Part shown: in pieces, positions 20,074 through 35,000 of the stretch | How positions within the stretch are numbered: the first letter of the stretch is position 1 | How the letters are laid out: each line of letters opens with the position of its first letter | From: Chrysomallon squamiferum | Lineage: Eukaryota > Animalia > Mollusca | Assembly (NCBI GenBank): GCA_012295275.1 | Contig: CM022679.1 | Location: 18,104,001 to 18,168,000 of the forward strand | Length of the DNA stretch: 64,000 nucleotides | Direction of reading: 5' to 3' | Made by a program: the position numbers and the translations under genes | The notes under the pieces: generated by a model | Seen by the model: only the letters and a program-made list of their open reading frames with translations | Databases searched by the model: none | What the model was told of the DNA's origin: nothing

Positions 20074-23000
20074 CTCTTTCATCGCTGTTAATGGATAATC
20101 ATTAGATCTCATTTAAGTGATGTGGTGCGTGTGTGTGTTTATTGACAAGAGACGAATACCTCTCGCAACCGCTCGCTGTACGAAACACTCAATCGGGTGC
20201 CCACATAACAGACAGCATTGAATGTGTTCTGTCCTCAAGCTGTTCTTTCAACGCTGTTAATGGATAATCATTACATCTCATTTAAGTAATGTGGTGCGTG
20301 TGTGTGTTTATTAACAAGAGATGGATACTTGTCGCAACCGCTCGCACTCCGAAACTTTGAATCGTATGCAGTCGTAAAACACAGCATTGAGTGCGTTCTG
20401 TTCTCAAGCAGCTCTTTCAACGCTGTTAATGAATAATCTGTGGATCTGATTTAGACGATGTGGTGCGTGTGTCTGTTGATTGAGAAGAGACGGATACTTG
20501 TCGCAACCGCTCGCACTACGAAACTTTCAATCGTATGCAGTCGTAACACACAGCAGTGCGTGCGTTCCATTCTCAAGCATCTTTTTCATCGCAGTTAATG
20601 GATAATCATTAGAGTGATGTGGTGCGTGTGTGTGTTTATTGACTAGAGACGAATACCTCCCGCAACCGCGAGCTGTACGAAACATTCAATCGTGTGCACA
20701 CATAACAGACGGCATCCAATGCGTTATGCCTCAAGCTGTTCTTTCAACGCTGTTAATGGATAATCATTACATCTCATTTAAGTGATGTGCTGCGTCTGTG
20801 TGTTTATTGTCAAGAGACGAATACCTATCGCAGCCGCTCACTGTACGACACTTTCAATCGTATGCAGTCGTAACACACAGCATAAAGTGCGTACTATTGT
20901 CAAGCAGCTCTTTCGTCGCTTTTAATGGATAATCATTACATCTGAATTAAGTGATGTGGTGCGTGTGTGTGTTTAGTAACAAGAGACGGATACTACTCGC
21001 AACCGCTCGCACTCCGAAACTTCCAATCGTATGCACACGTAACAGACAGCATTGAATGCGTTCAGTTCTCAACCAGCTCTTTAAACGCTGTTAAGGGTTA
21101 ATCATTAGGTCTGATTTCCATGAGGTAGTGCGTGTTTCTGCTGATTGAGATGAGACGAACACACCTCGCAACAGCTCGCACTCCGAAACTTTCAATCGGA
21201 TACACACATAACAGACAGCATTGAATGCGTTCTGTTTTCAAGCAGGTCTTTAAACGCTGTTAAGGGTTAATCATTACATCTGATTTCCATGATGTTGTGC
21301 GTGATTGTGTTTATTCAGAAGAGAAGTACACATCTCGCAACCGCTCGCACTCCGAAACTTCCAATCGTATGCACACGTAACAGACAGCATTGAATGCGTT
21401 CAGTTCTCAACCAGCTGTTTAAACCCTGTTAAGGGTTAATCATTAGATCTGATTTCCATGAGGTAGTGCGTGTTTCTGTTTATTGAGATGAGACGAACAC
21501 ACCTCGCAACCGCTCGCACTCCGAAACTTCCAATCGTATGCACACGTAACAGACAGCATTGAATGCGTTCTGTTCCCAACCAGCTGTTTAAACCCTGTTA
21601 AGGGTTAATCATTACCTCTGATTTCCATGATGTTGTGCGTGATTCTGTTTATTGAGAAGAGACGAACACACGTCGGAGCCGCTCGCACTCCGAAACTTTC
21701 AATCGGATTCACACATAACAGACAGCATTGAATGCGTTCAGTTCTCAACCAGCTCTTTAAACGCTGTTAAGGGTTAATCATTAGATCTGATTTCCATGAG
21801 GTAGTGCGTGTTTCTGTTGATTGAGATGAGACGAACACACGTCGGAGCCGCTCGCACTGCGAAACTTTCAATCGGTTTCACACATAACAGACAGCATTGA
21901 ATGCGTTCTGGTTTCAAGCAGGTCTTTAAACGCTATTAAGGGTTAATCATTACATCTGATTTCGATGAGGTAGTGCGTGTTTCTGTTTATTGAGAAGAGA
22001 CGAACACACCTCGCAATCGCTCGCACTCCGAAACTTCCAATCGTATGCACACGTAACAGACAGCATTGAATGCGTTCAGTTCTCAACCAGCTCTTTAAAC
22101 GCTGTTAAGGGTTAATCATTAGATCTGATTACCATGAGGTAGTGCGTGTTTCTGCTGGTTGACATGAGACGAACACAACTCGCAACCGCTCGCACTCTGA
22201 AACTTCCAATCGTATGCACACGTAACAGACAGCATTGAATGCGTTCTGTTCCCAACCAGCTGTTTAAACCCTGTTAAGGGTTAATCATTACCTCTGATTT
22301 CCATGATGCTGTGCGTGATACTGTTTATTGACAAGAGACGAACACACGTCGGAGCCGCTCGCACTCCGAAACTTCCAATCGTATGCACACGTAACAGACA
22401 GCATTGAATGCGTTCTGTTCCTCAACCAGCTGTTTAAACCCTGTTAAGGGTTAATCATTACATCTGATTTCCATGATGTTGTGCGTGTGTCTGTTTATTG
22501 TGATGAGACGAAGACACCTCGCAACCGCTCGGACTCCGAAACTTTCAATGTTATACCCACGTAACAGACAGCATTGAATGCGTTCTGTTTTCAAGCAGGT
22601 CTTTAAACGCTCTTAAGGGTTAATCATTACATCTGATTTCCATGATGTTGTGCGTGATTATGTTTATTCAGAAGAGAAGTACACATCTCGCAACCGCTCG
22701 CACTCCGAAACTTCCAATCGTATGCACACGTAACAGACAGCATTGAATGCGTTCTGTTCCCAACCAGCTGTTTAAACCCTGTTAAGGGTTAATCATTACC
22801 TCTGATTTCCATGATGTTGTGCGTGATTCAGTTTATTGAGAAGAGTCGAACACAAGTCAGAGCCGCTCGCACTGCGAAACTTTCAATCGGATTCACACAT
22901 AACAGACAGCATTTTGTTCGTTCTGGTTTGAAACAGGTCTTTAAACGCTGTTAAGGGTTAATCATTACATCTGATTTCGATGAGGTAGTGCGTGTTTCTG

Positions 23001-26000
23001 TTTATTGAGAAGAGACGAACACACCTCGCAATCGCTCGCACTCCGAAACTTCCAATCGTATGCACACGTAACAGACAGCATTGAATGCGTTCTGTTTTCA
23101 ACCAGGTCTTTAAACGCTGTTAACGGTTAATCATTATGTCTTATTTCCATGATGCTGTGCGTGTTTCTGTTTATTGACCTGAGACGAACAGACCTCGCAA
23201 GCGCTCGCACTCCGAAACTTTCAATCGGATACACACATAACAGACACCATTGCATAAGTTCAGTTCTCAAGCAGCTGTTTAAACCCTGTTAAGGGTTAAT
23301 CATTACCTCTGATTTCCATGATGCTGTGCGTGATACTGTTTATTGACAAGAGACGAACACACGTCGGAGCCGCTCGCACTCCGAAACTTTCAATCGGATA
23401 CACACGTAACAGACACCATTGCATAAGTTCAGTTCTCAAGGAGGCCTTTAAACGGTTTTAAGGGTTAATCATTACATCTGTTTTCCATGATGTTGTGCGT
23501 GATTCTGTTTGTTGAGAAGAGACGAACACACCTCGCAATCGTTCGCACTCCGAAACTTCCAATCGTATGCACACGTAACAGACAGCATTGAATGCGTTCA
23601 GTTCTCAACCAGCTGTTTAAACCCTGTTAAGGGTTAATCATTACGTCTGATTTCCATGATGCTGTGCGTGATACTGTTTATTGAGAAGAGACGAACACAC
23701 GTCGGAGCCGCTCGCACTCCGAAACTTTCAATCGGATTCACACATAACAGACAGCATTGAATGCGTTCAGTTCTCAACCAGCTCTTTAAACGCTGTTAAT
23801 GGTTAATCATTAGATCTGATTTCCATGAGATAGTGCGTGTTTCTGTTGATTGAGATGAGACGAACACACCTCGCAATCGCTCGCACTCCGAAACTTCCAA
23901 TCGTATGCACACATAACGGACAGCATTGAATGCGTTCTGTTCTCAACCAGCTGTTTAAACCCTGTTAAGGGTTAATCATTACCTCTGATTTCCATGATGC
24001 TGTGCGTGATACTGTTTATTGACAAGAGACGAACACACGTCGGAGCCGCTCGCACTCCGAAACTTTCAATCGGATTCACACATAACAGACAGCATTGAAT
24101 GCGTTCTGTTCTCAACCAGCTCTTTAAACGCTGTTAAGGGTTAATCATTACATCTGATTTCCATGATGTTGTGCGTGATTCTGTTTATTGAGAAGAGACG
24201 AACACACCTCGCAACCGCTCGCACTCCGAAACTTCCAATCGTATGCACACGTAACAGACAGCATTGAATGCGTTCTGTTTTCAACCAGGTCTTTAAACGC
24301 TGTTAAGGGTTAATCATTACATCTGATTTCCATGATGCTGTGCGTGTTTCTGTTTATTGACCTGAGACGAACACACCTCGCAGCCGCTCGCACTCCGAAA
24401 CTTTCAATCGGATACACACGTAACAGACACCATTGCATGCGTTCAGTTCTCAAGCAGCTGTTTAAACCCTGTTAAGGGTTAATCATTACATCTGATTTCC
24501 ATGATGTTGTGCGTGATTCTGTTTATTGAGAAGAGACGAACACACCTCGCAGCCGCTCGCACTCCGAAACTTTCAATCGGATTCACACATAACAGACAGC
24601 ATTGAATGCGTTCAGTTCTCAACCATCTCTTTAAACGCTGTTAAGGGTTAATCATTACCTCTGATTTCGATGAGGTAGTGCGTGTGTCTGTTTATTGTGA
24701 TGAGACGAACACACCCCGCAACCGCTCGGACTCCGAAACTTTCAATGTTATACCCACGTAACAGACAGCATTGAATGCGTTCTGTTTTCAAGCAGGTCTT
24801 TAAACGCTCTTAAGGGTTAATCATTACATCTGATTTCCATGATGTTGTGCGTGATTGTGTTTATTCAGAAGAGAAGTACACATCTCGCAACCGCTCGCAC
24901 TCCGAAACTTCCAATCGAATGCACACGTAACAGACAGCATTGAATGCGTTCAGTTCTCAACCAGCTGTTTAAACCCTGTTAAGGGTTAATCATTACCTCT
25001 GATTTCCATGCTGCTGTGCGTGATACTGTTTATTCACAAGAGACGAACACACGTCGGAGCCGCTCGCACTCCGAAACTTTCAATCGTATGCACACGTAAC
25101 AGACAGCATTGAATGCGTTCTGTTCCCAACCGGCTGTTTAAACCCTGTTAAGGGTTAATCATTAGATCTGATTTCCATGAGATAGTGCGTGTTTCTGTTG
25201 ATTGAGATGAGACGAACACACCTCGCAATCGCTCGCACTCCGAAAGTGTCAATCGGATACACACATAACAGACAGCATTGAATGCGTTCTGTTCCCAACC
25301 AGCTGTTTAAACCCTGTTAAGGGTTAATCATTATCTCTGATTTCCATGATGTTGTGCGTAATTCTGTTTATTGAGAAGAGACGAACACACGTCGGAGCCG
25401 CTCGCACTGCGAAACTTTCAATCGGTTTCACACATAACAGACAGCATTGAATGCGTTCTGGTTTCAAGCAGGTCTTTAAACGCTATTAAGGGTTAATCAT
25501 TACATCTGATTTCGATGAGGTAGTGCGTGTTTCTGTTTATTGAGAAGAGACGAACACACCTCGCAATCGCTCGCACTCCGAAACTTCCAATCGTATGCAC
25601 ACGTAACAGACAGCATTGAATGCGTTCAGTTCTCAACCAGCTCTTTAAACGCTGTTAAGGGTTAATCATTAGATCTGATTTCCATGAGGTAGTGCGTGTT
25701 TCTGTTTATTGAGAAGAGACGAACACACCTCGCAACCGCTCGCACTCCGAAACTTCCAATCGTATGCACACGTAACAGACAGCATTGAATGCGTTCTGTT
25801 CTCAACCAGCTGTTTAAACCCTGTTAAGGGTTAATCATTACCTCTGATTTCCATGATGCTGTGCGTGATTCTGTTTATTGAGAAGAGACGAACACACGTC
25901 GGAGCCGCTCGCACTCCGAAACTTTCAATCGGATACACACATAACAGACAGCATTGAATGCGTTCTGTTTTCAAACAGGTCTTTAAACGCTGTTAAGGGT

Positions 26001-29000
26001 TAATCATTACATCTGATTTCCATGATGTTGTGCGTGATTCTGTTTATTGAGAAGAGACGAACACACCTCGCAGCCGCTCGCACTCCGAAACTTTCAATCG
26101 GATTCACACATAACAGACAGCATTGAATGCGTTCAGTTCTCAACCAGCTCTTTAAACGCTGTTAAGGGTTAATCATTACCTCTGATTTCCATGATGTTGT
26201 GCGTGATTCTGTTTATTGAGAAGAGACGAACACACGTCGCAGCCGCTCGCACTCCGAAACTTCCAATCGTATGCACACGTAACAGACAGCATTGAATGCG
26301 TTCTGTTCTCAACCAGCTCTTTAAACGCTGTTAAGGGTTAATCATTACATCTGATTTCCATGATGTTGTGCGTGATTGTGTTTATTCAGAAGAGAAGTAC
26401 ACATCTCGCAACCGCTCGCACTCCGAAACTTCCAATCGTATGCACACGTAACAGACAGCATTGAATGCGTTCTGTTTTCAACCAGGTCTTTAAACGCTGT
26501 TAAGGGTTAATCATTACATCTGATTTCCATGATGTTGTGCGTGATTCTGTTTATTGAGAAGAGACGAACACACATCTCGCAACCGCTCGCACTCCGAAAC
26601 TTCCAATCGTATGCACACGTAACAGACAGCATTGAATGCGTTCAGTTCTCAACCAGCTGTTTAAACCCTGTTAAGGGTTAATCATTAGATCTGATTTCCA
26701 TGATGATGCTGTGCGTGTTTCTGTTTATTGAGATGAGACGAACACACGTCGGAGCCGCTCGCACTCCGAAACTTTCAATCGTATACACACGTAACAGACA
26801 GCATTGAATGCGTTCAGTTCTCAACCAGCTGTTTAAACCCTGTTAAGGGTTAATCATTAGATCTGATTTCCATGATGATGTTGTGCGTGTTTCTGTTTAT
26901 TGAGAAGAGACGAACACACCTCGCAGCCGCTCGCACTCCGAAACTTTCAATCGGTATACACACGTAACAGACAGCATTGAATGCGTTCTGTTTTCAACCA
27001 GCTCTTTAAACGCTGTTAAGGGTTAATCATTACATCTGATTTCCATGATGTTGTGCGTGATGTTTCTGTTTATTGAGAAGAGACGAACACACGTCGCAAG
27101 CCGCTCGCACTCGAAACTTTCAATCGTATGCACACGTAACAGACAGCATTGAATGCGTTCTGTTCTCAACCAGCTCTTTAAACGCTGTTAAGGGTTAATC
27201 ATTACATCTGATTTCCATGAGGTAGTGCGTGTTTCTGTTTATTGAGAAGAGACGAACACACCTCGCAATCGCTCGCACTCCGAAACTTCCAATCGTATGC
27301 ACACGTAACAGACACAGCATTGAATGCGTTCTGTTTCAACCAGCTCTTTAAACGCTGTTAAGGGTTAATCATTACATCTGATTTCCATGATGCTGTGCGT
27401 GTTTCTGTTTATTTGAGAAGAGACGAACACACCTCGCAACCGCTCGCACTCCGAAACTTTCAATCGTATGCACACGTAACAGACAGCATTGAATGCGTTC
27501 TGTTCCCAACCAGCTGTTTAAACCCTGTTAAGGGTTAATCATTACCTCTGATTTCCATGATGTTGTGCGTGATTCTGTTTATTGAGAAGAGACGAACACA
27601 CGTCGGAGCCGCTCGCACTCCGAAACTTCCAATCGTATGCACACGTAACAGACAGCATTGAATGCGTTCTGTTTTCAACCAGCTCTTTAAACGCTGTTAA
27701 GGGTTAATCATTACATCTGATTTCCATGATGTTGTGCGTGATTCTGTTTATTGAGAAGAGACGAACACACGTCGCAACCGCTCGCACTCCGAAACTTTCA
27801 ATCGTATGCACACACGTAACAGACAGCATTGAATGCGTTCTGTTTTCAACCATCTCTTTAAACGCTGTTAAGGGTTAATCATTACATCTGATTTCCGATG
27901 ATGTTGTGCGTGATTCTGTTTATTGAGAAGAGACGAACACACCTCGCAACCGCTCGCACTCCGAAACTTTCAATCGTATGCACACGTAACAGACAGCATT
28001 GAATGCGTTCTGTTTTCAACCAGGTCTTTAAACGCTGTTAAGGGTTAATCATTACATCTGATTTCCATGATGTTGTGCGTGATTCTGTTTATTGAGAAGA
28101 GACGAACACACCTCGCAACCGCTCGCACTCCGAAACTTTCAATCGTATGCACACGTAACAGACAGCATTGAATGCGTTCAGTTCTCAACCAGCTGTTTCA
28201 ACCCTGTTAAGGGTTAATCATTACATCTGATTTCCATGATGTTGTGCGTGATTCTGTTTATTGAGAAGAGACGAACACACGTCGGAGCCGCTCGCACTCC
28301 GAAACTTTCAATCGGATTCACACATAACAGACAGCATTGAATGCGTTCTGTTTTCAAGCAGGTCTTTAAACGCTGTTAAGGGTTAATCATTACATCTGAT
28401 TTCGATGAGGTAGTGCGTGTTTCTGTTTATTGAGAAGAGACGAACACACCTCGCAATCGCTCGCACTCCGAAACTTTCAATCGTATGCACACGTAACAGA
28501 CAGCATTGAATGCGTTCTGTTCTCAACCAGCTGTTTAAACCCTGTTAAGGGTTAATCATTACATCTGATTTCCATGATGTTGTGCGTGATTCTGTTTATT
28601 GAGAAGAGACGAACACACGTCGGAGCCGCTCGCACTCCGAAACTTTCAATCGGATTCACACATAACAGACACCATTGCATAAGTTCAGTTCTCAACCAGC
28701 TCTTTAAACGCTGTTAATGGTTAATCATTAGATCTGATTTCCATGATGTGCTGTGCGTGATTCTGTTTATTGAGAAGAGACGAACACACGTCGGAGCCGC
28801 TCGCACTCCGAAACTTTCAATCGGATGAAACACTTTCAATCGTATACACACGTAACAGACAGCATTGAATGCGTTCAGTTCTCAACCAGCTTTCTGTTAA
28901 GGGTTAATCATTACATCTGATTTCCATGATGTTGTAAATTCTGTTTATTGAGAAGAGACGGTCGGAACCGCTAATCGAAACTTTCAATCGTATGCACATA

Positions 29001-32000
29001 ACAGACAGCATTGAATGCGTTCAGTTCTCAACCAGCTCTTTAAACGCTGTTAAGGGTTAATCATTAGATCTGATTTCCATGATGTTGTGCGTGATTCTGT
29101 TTATTGAGAAGAGACGAACACACGTCGCAACCGCTCGCACTCCGAAACTTTCAATCGTATGCACACGTAACAGACAGCATTGAATGCGTTCAGTTCTCAA
29201 CCAGCTGTTTAAACGCTGTTAAGGGTTAATCATTACATCTGATTTCCATGATGTTGTGCGTGATTCTGTTTATTGAGAAGAGACGAACACACGTCGGAGC
29301 CGCTCGCACTCCGAAACTTTCAATCGGATACACACATAACAGACAGCATTGAATGCGTTCAGTTCTCAACCAGCTCTTTAAACGCTGTTAAGGGTTAATC
29401 ATTACATCTGATTTCCATGAGGTAGTGCGTGTTTCTGTTTATTGAGAAGAGACGAACACACCTCGCAACCGCTCGCACTCCGAAACTTTCAATCGTATAC
29501 ACACATAACAGACAGCATTGAATGCGTTCAGTTCTCAACCAGCTCTTTAAACGCTGTTAAGGGTTAATCATTACATCTGATTTCCATGATGTTGTGCGTG
29601 ATTCTGTTTATTGAGAAGAGACGAACACACGTCGCAAGCCGCTCGCACTCCGAAACTTTCAATCGGATACACACATAACAGACAGCATTGAATGCGTTCA
29701 GTTCTCAACCAGCTCTTTAAACGCTGTTAAGGGTTAATCATTACATCTGATTTCCATGACGTTGTGCGTGTTTCTGTTTATTGAGAAGAGACGAACACAC
29801 CTCGCAACCGCTCGCACTCCGAAACTTTCAATCGTATGCACACGTAACAGACAGCATTGAATGCGTTCAGTTCTCAACCAGCTCTTTAAACGCTGTTAAG
29901 GGTTAATCATTACATCTGATTTCCATGATGTTGTGCGTGATTCTGTTTATTGAGAAGAGACGAACACACGTCGGAGCCGCTCGCACTCCGAAACTTTCAA
30001 TCGGATACACACATAACAGACAGCATTGAATGCGTTCAGTTCTCAACCAGCTCTTTAAACGCTGTTAAGGGTTAATCATTACATCTGATTTCGATGAGGT
30101 AGTGCGTGTTTCTGTTTATTGAGAAGAGACGAACACACCTCGCAACCGCTCGCACTCCGAAACTTTCAATCGTATACACACGTAACAGACAGCATTGAAT
30201 GCGTTCAGTTCTCAACCAGCTCTTTAAACGCTGTTAAGGGTTAATCATTACATCTGATTTCCATGAGGTAGTGCGTGTTTCTGTTTATTGAGAAGAGACG
30301 AACACACCTCGCAACCGCTCGCACTCCGAAACTTTCAATCGTATGCACACGTAACAGACAGCATTGAATGCGTTCAGTTCTCAACCAGCTCTTTAAACGC
30401 TGTTAAGGGTTAATCATTACATCTGATTTCCATGATTTTGTGCGTGATTCTGTTTATTGAGAAGAGACGAACACACGTCGGAGCCGCTCGCACTCCGAAA
30501 CTTTCAATCGGATAAACACATAACAGACAGCATTGAATGCGTTCAGTTCTCAACCAGCTCTTTAAACGCTGTTAAGGGTTAATCATTAGATCTGATTTCC
30601 ATGAGATAGTGCGTGTTTCTGTTTATTGAGAAGAGACGAACACATCTCGCAACCGCTCGCACTCCGAAACTTCCAATCGTATGCACACGTAACAGACAGC
30701 ATTGAATGCGTTCAGTTCTCAACCAGCTGTTTAAACCCTGTTAAGGGTTAATCATTACATCTGATTTCCATGATGTTGTGCGTGATTCTGTTTATTGAGA
30801 AGAGACGAACACACGTCGGAACCGCTCGCACTCCGAAACTTTCAATCGGATACACACATAACAGACAGCATTGAATGCGTTCAGTTCTCAACCAGCTCTT
30901 TAAACGCTGTTAAGGGTTAATCATTAGATCTGATTTCCATGATGTAGTGCGTGATTCTGTTTATTGAGAAGAGACGAACACACGTCGGAGCCGCTCGCAC
31001 TCCGAAACTTTCAATCGTATGCACACGTAACAGACAGCATTGAATGCGTTCTGGTTCTCAACCAGCTCTTTAAACGCTGTTAAGGGTTAATCATTACATC
31101 TGATTTCGATGAGGTAGTGCGTGTTTCTGTTTATTGAGAAGAGACGAACACACCTCGCAACCGCTCGCACTCCGAAACTTTCAATCGTATACACACGTAA
31201 CAGACAGCATTGAATGCGTTCAGTTCTCAACCAGCTCTTTAAACGCTGTTAAGGGTTAATCATTACATCTGATTTCCATGATGTTGTGCGTGATTCTGTT
31301 TATTGAGAAGAGACGAACACACGTCGGAGCCGCTCGCACTCCGAAACTTTCAATCGGATAAACACGTAACAGACAGCATTGAATGCGTTCAGTTCTCAAC
31401 CAGCCCTTTAAACGCTGTTAAGGGTTAATCATTACATCTGATTTCCATGATGTTGTGCGTGTTTCTGTTTATTGAGAAGAGACGAACACACCTCGCAACC
31501 GCTCGCACTCCGAAACTTTCAATCGTATGCACACGTAACAGACAGCATTGAATGCGTTCAGTTCTCAACCAGCCCTTTTAAACGCTGTTAAGGGTTAATC
31601 ATTACATCTGATTTCCATGATTTTGTGCGTGATTCTGTTTATTGAGAAGAGACGAACACACGTCGGAGCCGCTCGCACTCCGAAACTTTCAATCGGATAC
31701 ACACATAACAGACAGCATTGAATGCGTTCAGTTCTCAACCAGCTCTTTAAACGCTGTTAAGGGTTAATCATTACATCTGATTTCGATGAGGTAGTGCGTG
31801 TTTCTGTTTATTGAGAAGAGACGAACACACCTCGCAACCGCTCGCACTCCGAAACTTTCAATCGTATGCACACGTAACAGACAGCATTGAATGCGTTCAG
31901 TTCTCAACCAGCCCCTTAAACGCTGTTAAGGGTTAATCATTACATCTGATTTCCATGATGTTGTGCGTGATTCTGTTTATTGAGAAGAGACGAACACACG

Positions 32001-35000
32001 TCGGAGCCGCTCGCACTCCGAAACTTTCAATCGGATAAACACATAACAGACAGCATTGAATGCGTTCAGTTCTCAACCAGCCCCTTAAACGCTGTTAAGG
32101 GTTAATCATTACATCTGATTTCCATGACGTAGTGCGTGTTTCTGTTTATTGAGAAGAGACGAACACACCTCGCAACCGCTCGCACTCCGAAACTTTCAAT
32201 CGTATGCACACGTAACAGACAGCATTGAATGCGTTCAGTTCTCAACCAGCTGTTTAAACGCTGTTAAGGGTTAATCATTACCTCTGATTTCCATGATGTT
32301 GTGCGTGATTCTGTTTATTGAGAAGAGACGAACACACGTCGGAGCCGCTCGCACTCCGAAACTTTCAATCGGATAAACACATAACAGACAGCATTGAATG
32401 CGTTCAGTTCTCAACCAGCCCTTTAAACGCTGTTAAGGGTTAATCATTACATCTGATTTCCATGATGTAGTGGTGTTTCTGTTTATTGAGATGAGAGACG
32501 AACACACCTCGCAACCGCTCGCACTCCGAAACTTTCAATCGTATGCACACGTAACAGACAGCATTGAATGCGTTCAGTTCTCAACCAGCCTTTAAACGCT
32601 GTTAAGGGTTAATCATTACATCTGATTTCCATGATGTTGTGCGTGATTCTGTTTATTGAGAAGAGACGAACACACGTCGGAGCCGCTCGCACTCCGAAAC
32701 TTTCAATCGGATAAACACATAACAGACAGCATTGAATGCGTTCAGTTCTCAACCAGCCCTTTAAACGCTGTTAAGGGTTAATCATTAGATCTGATTTCCA
32801 TGAGGTAGTGCGTGATTCTGTTTGTTGAGAAGAGACGAACACACCTCGCAACCGCTCGCACTCCGAAACTTTCAATCGTATACACACGTAACAGACAGCA
32901 TTGAATGCGTTCAGTTCTCAACCAGCCCTTTAAACGCTGTTAAGGGTTAATCATTACATCTGATTTCCATGATGTTGTGCGTGATTCTGTTTATTGAGAA
33001 GAGACGAACACACGTCGGAACCGCTCGCACTCCGAAACTTTCAATCGGATAAACACATAACAGACAGCATTGAATGCGTTCAGTTCTCAACCAGCTCTTT
33101 AAACGCTGTTAAGGGTTAATCATTACATCTGATTTCCATCAGGTAGTGCGTGTTTCTGTTTATTGAGAAGAGACGAACACACCTCGCAACCGCTCGCACT
33201 CCGAAACTTTCAATCGTATACACACGTAACAGACAGCATTGAATGCGTTCAGTTCTCAACCAGCCCTTTAAACGCTGTTAAGGGTTAATCATTACATCTG
33301 ATTTCCATGATGTTGTGCGTGATTCTGTTTATTGAGAAGAGACGAACACACCTCGCAGCCGCTCGCACTCCGAAACTTTCAATCGGATACACACATAACA
33401 GACAGCATTGAATGCGTTCAGTTCTCAACCAGCCCTTTAAACGCTGTTAAGGGTTAATCATTACATCTGATTTCCATGATTTTGTGCGTGATTCTGTTTA
33501 TTGAGAAGAGACGAACACACGTCGGAGCCGCTCGCACTCCGAAACTTTCAATCGAATACACACGTAACAGACAGCATTGAATGCGTTCAGTTCTCAACCA
33601 GCCCTTTAAACGCTGTTAAGGGTTAATCATTAGATCTGATTTTGATGACCTGGTGGGTGATTGCGTTTATTGACAAGAGACGAACACATCTCGCAACCGC
33701 TCGCACTCCGAAACTTTCAATCGTATGCACACGTAACAGACAGCATTGAATGCGTTCAGTTCTCAACCAACCCCTTAAATGCTGTTAAGGGTTAATCTTT
33801 AGATCTGATTTCCATGAGGTAGTGCGTGATTCTGTTTCTTGAGAAGAGACCAACACACGTTGGAGCCGCTCGCACTCCGAAACTTTCAATCGAATACACA
33901 CGTAACAGACAGCATTGAATGCGTTCAGTTCTCAACCAGCTGTTTAAAAGCTGTTAAGGGTTAATCATTACATCTGATTTCGATGCGGTAGTGCGTGTTT
34001 CTATTTATTTTGAAGAGACGAACACACCTCGCAACCGCTCGCACTCCGAAACTTTCAATCGTACACACACATAACAGACAGCATTGAATGCGTTCAGTTC
34101 TCAACTAGCCCCTTAAACGCTGTTAAGGGTTAATCATTACATCTGATATCCATCATGTTGTGCGTTATTCTGTTTATTGAGAAGAGACGAACACACGTCG
34201 GAGCCGCTCGCACTCCGAAACTTTCAATCGGATAAACATATAACAGACAGCATTGAATGCGTTCAGTTCTTAACCAGCCCCTTAAACGCTGTTAAGGGTT
34301 AATCATTACATCTGATATCCATGACGTAGTGGGTGTTTCTGTTCATTGAGATGAGAGGAACACACCTCGGATCCGCTAGCACTCCGAAACTTTCAATCGT
34401 ATGCACACGTAACAGACAGCATTGAATGCGTTCAGTTCTCAACCAGCCCCTTAAACGCTGTTAAGGGTTAATCATTACATCTGATTTCCATGATTTTGTG
34501 CGTGATTCTGTTTATTGAGAAGAGACGAACACACGTCGGAGCCGCTCGCACTCCGAAACTTTCAATCGGATAAACACATAACAGACAGCATTGAATGCGT
34601 TCAGTTCTCAGCCAGCTCTTTAAACGCTGTTAAGGGTTAATCATTAGATCAGATTTTGATGACCTGGTGGGTATGTGCGTTTATTGACAAGAGACGAACA
34701 CATCTCGCAACCGTTCGCACTCCGAAACTTTCAATCGTACACACACATAACAGACAGCATTGAATGCGTTCAGTTCTCAACTAGCCCCTTAAACGCTGTT
34801 AAGGGTTAATCATTAGATCTGATTTCCATGAGGTAGTGCGTGATTCTGTTTCTTGAGAAGAGACCAACACACGTTGGAGCCGCTCGCACTCCGAAACTTT
34901 CAATCGAATACACACGTAACAGACAGCATTGAATGCGTTCGGTTCTCAACTAGCCCCTTAAACGCTGTTAAGGGTTAATCATTACATCTGATTTCCATGA

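Noticed and set aside
28381-28550. CENP-B box or tRNA/Pol III boxes in the monomer
   Set aside because: The TTCG-containing segments (tttcgatgagg; reverse-strand tttcggagtgcgagcgg) lack the A and CGGG at the required spacing; no A/B-box pair or cloverleaf is visible.
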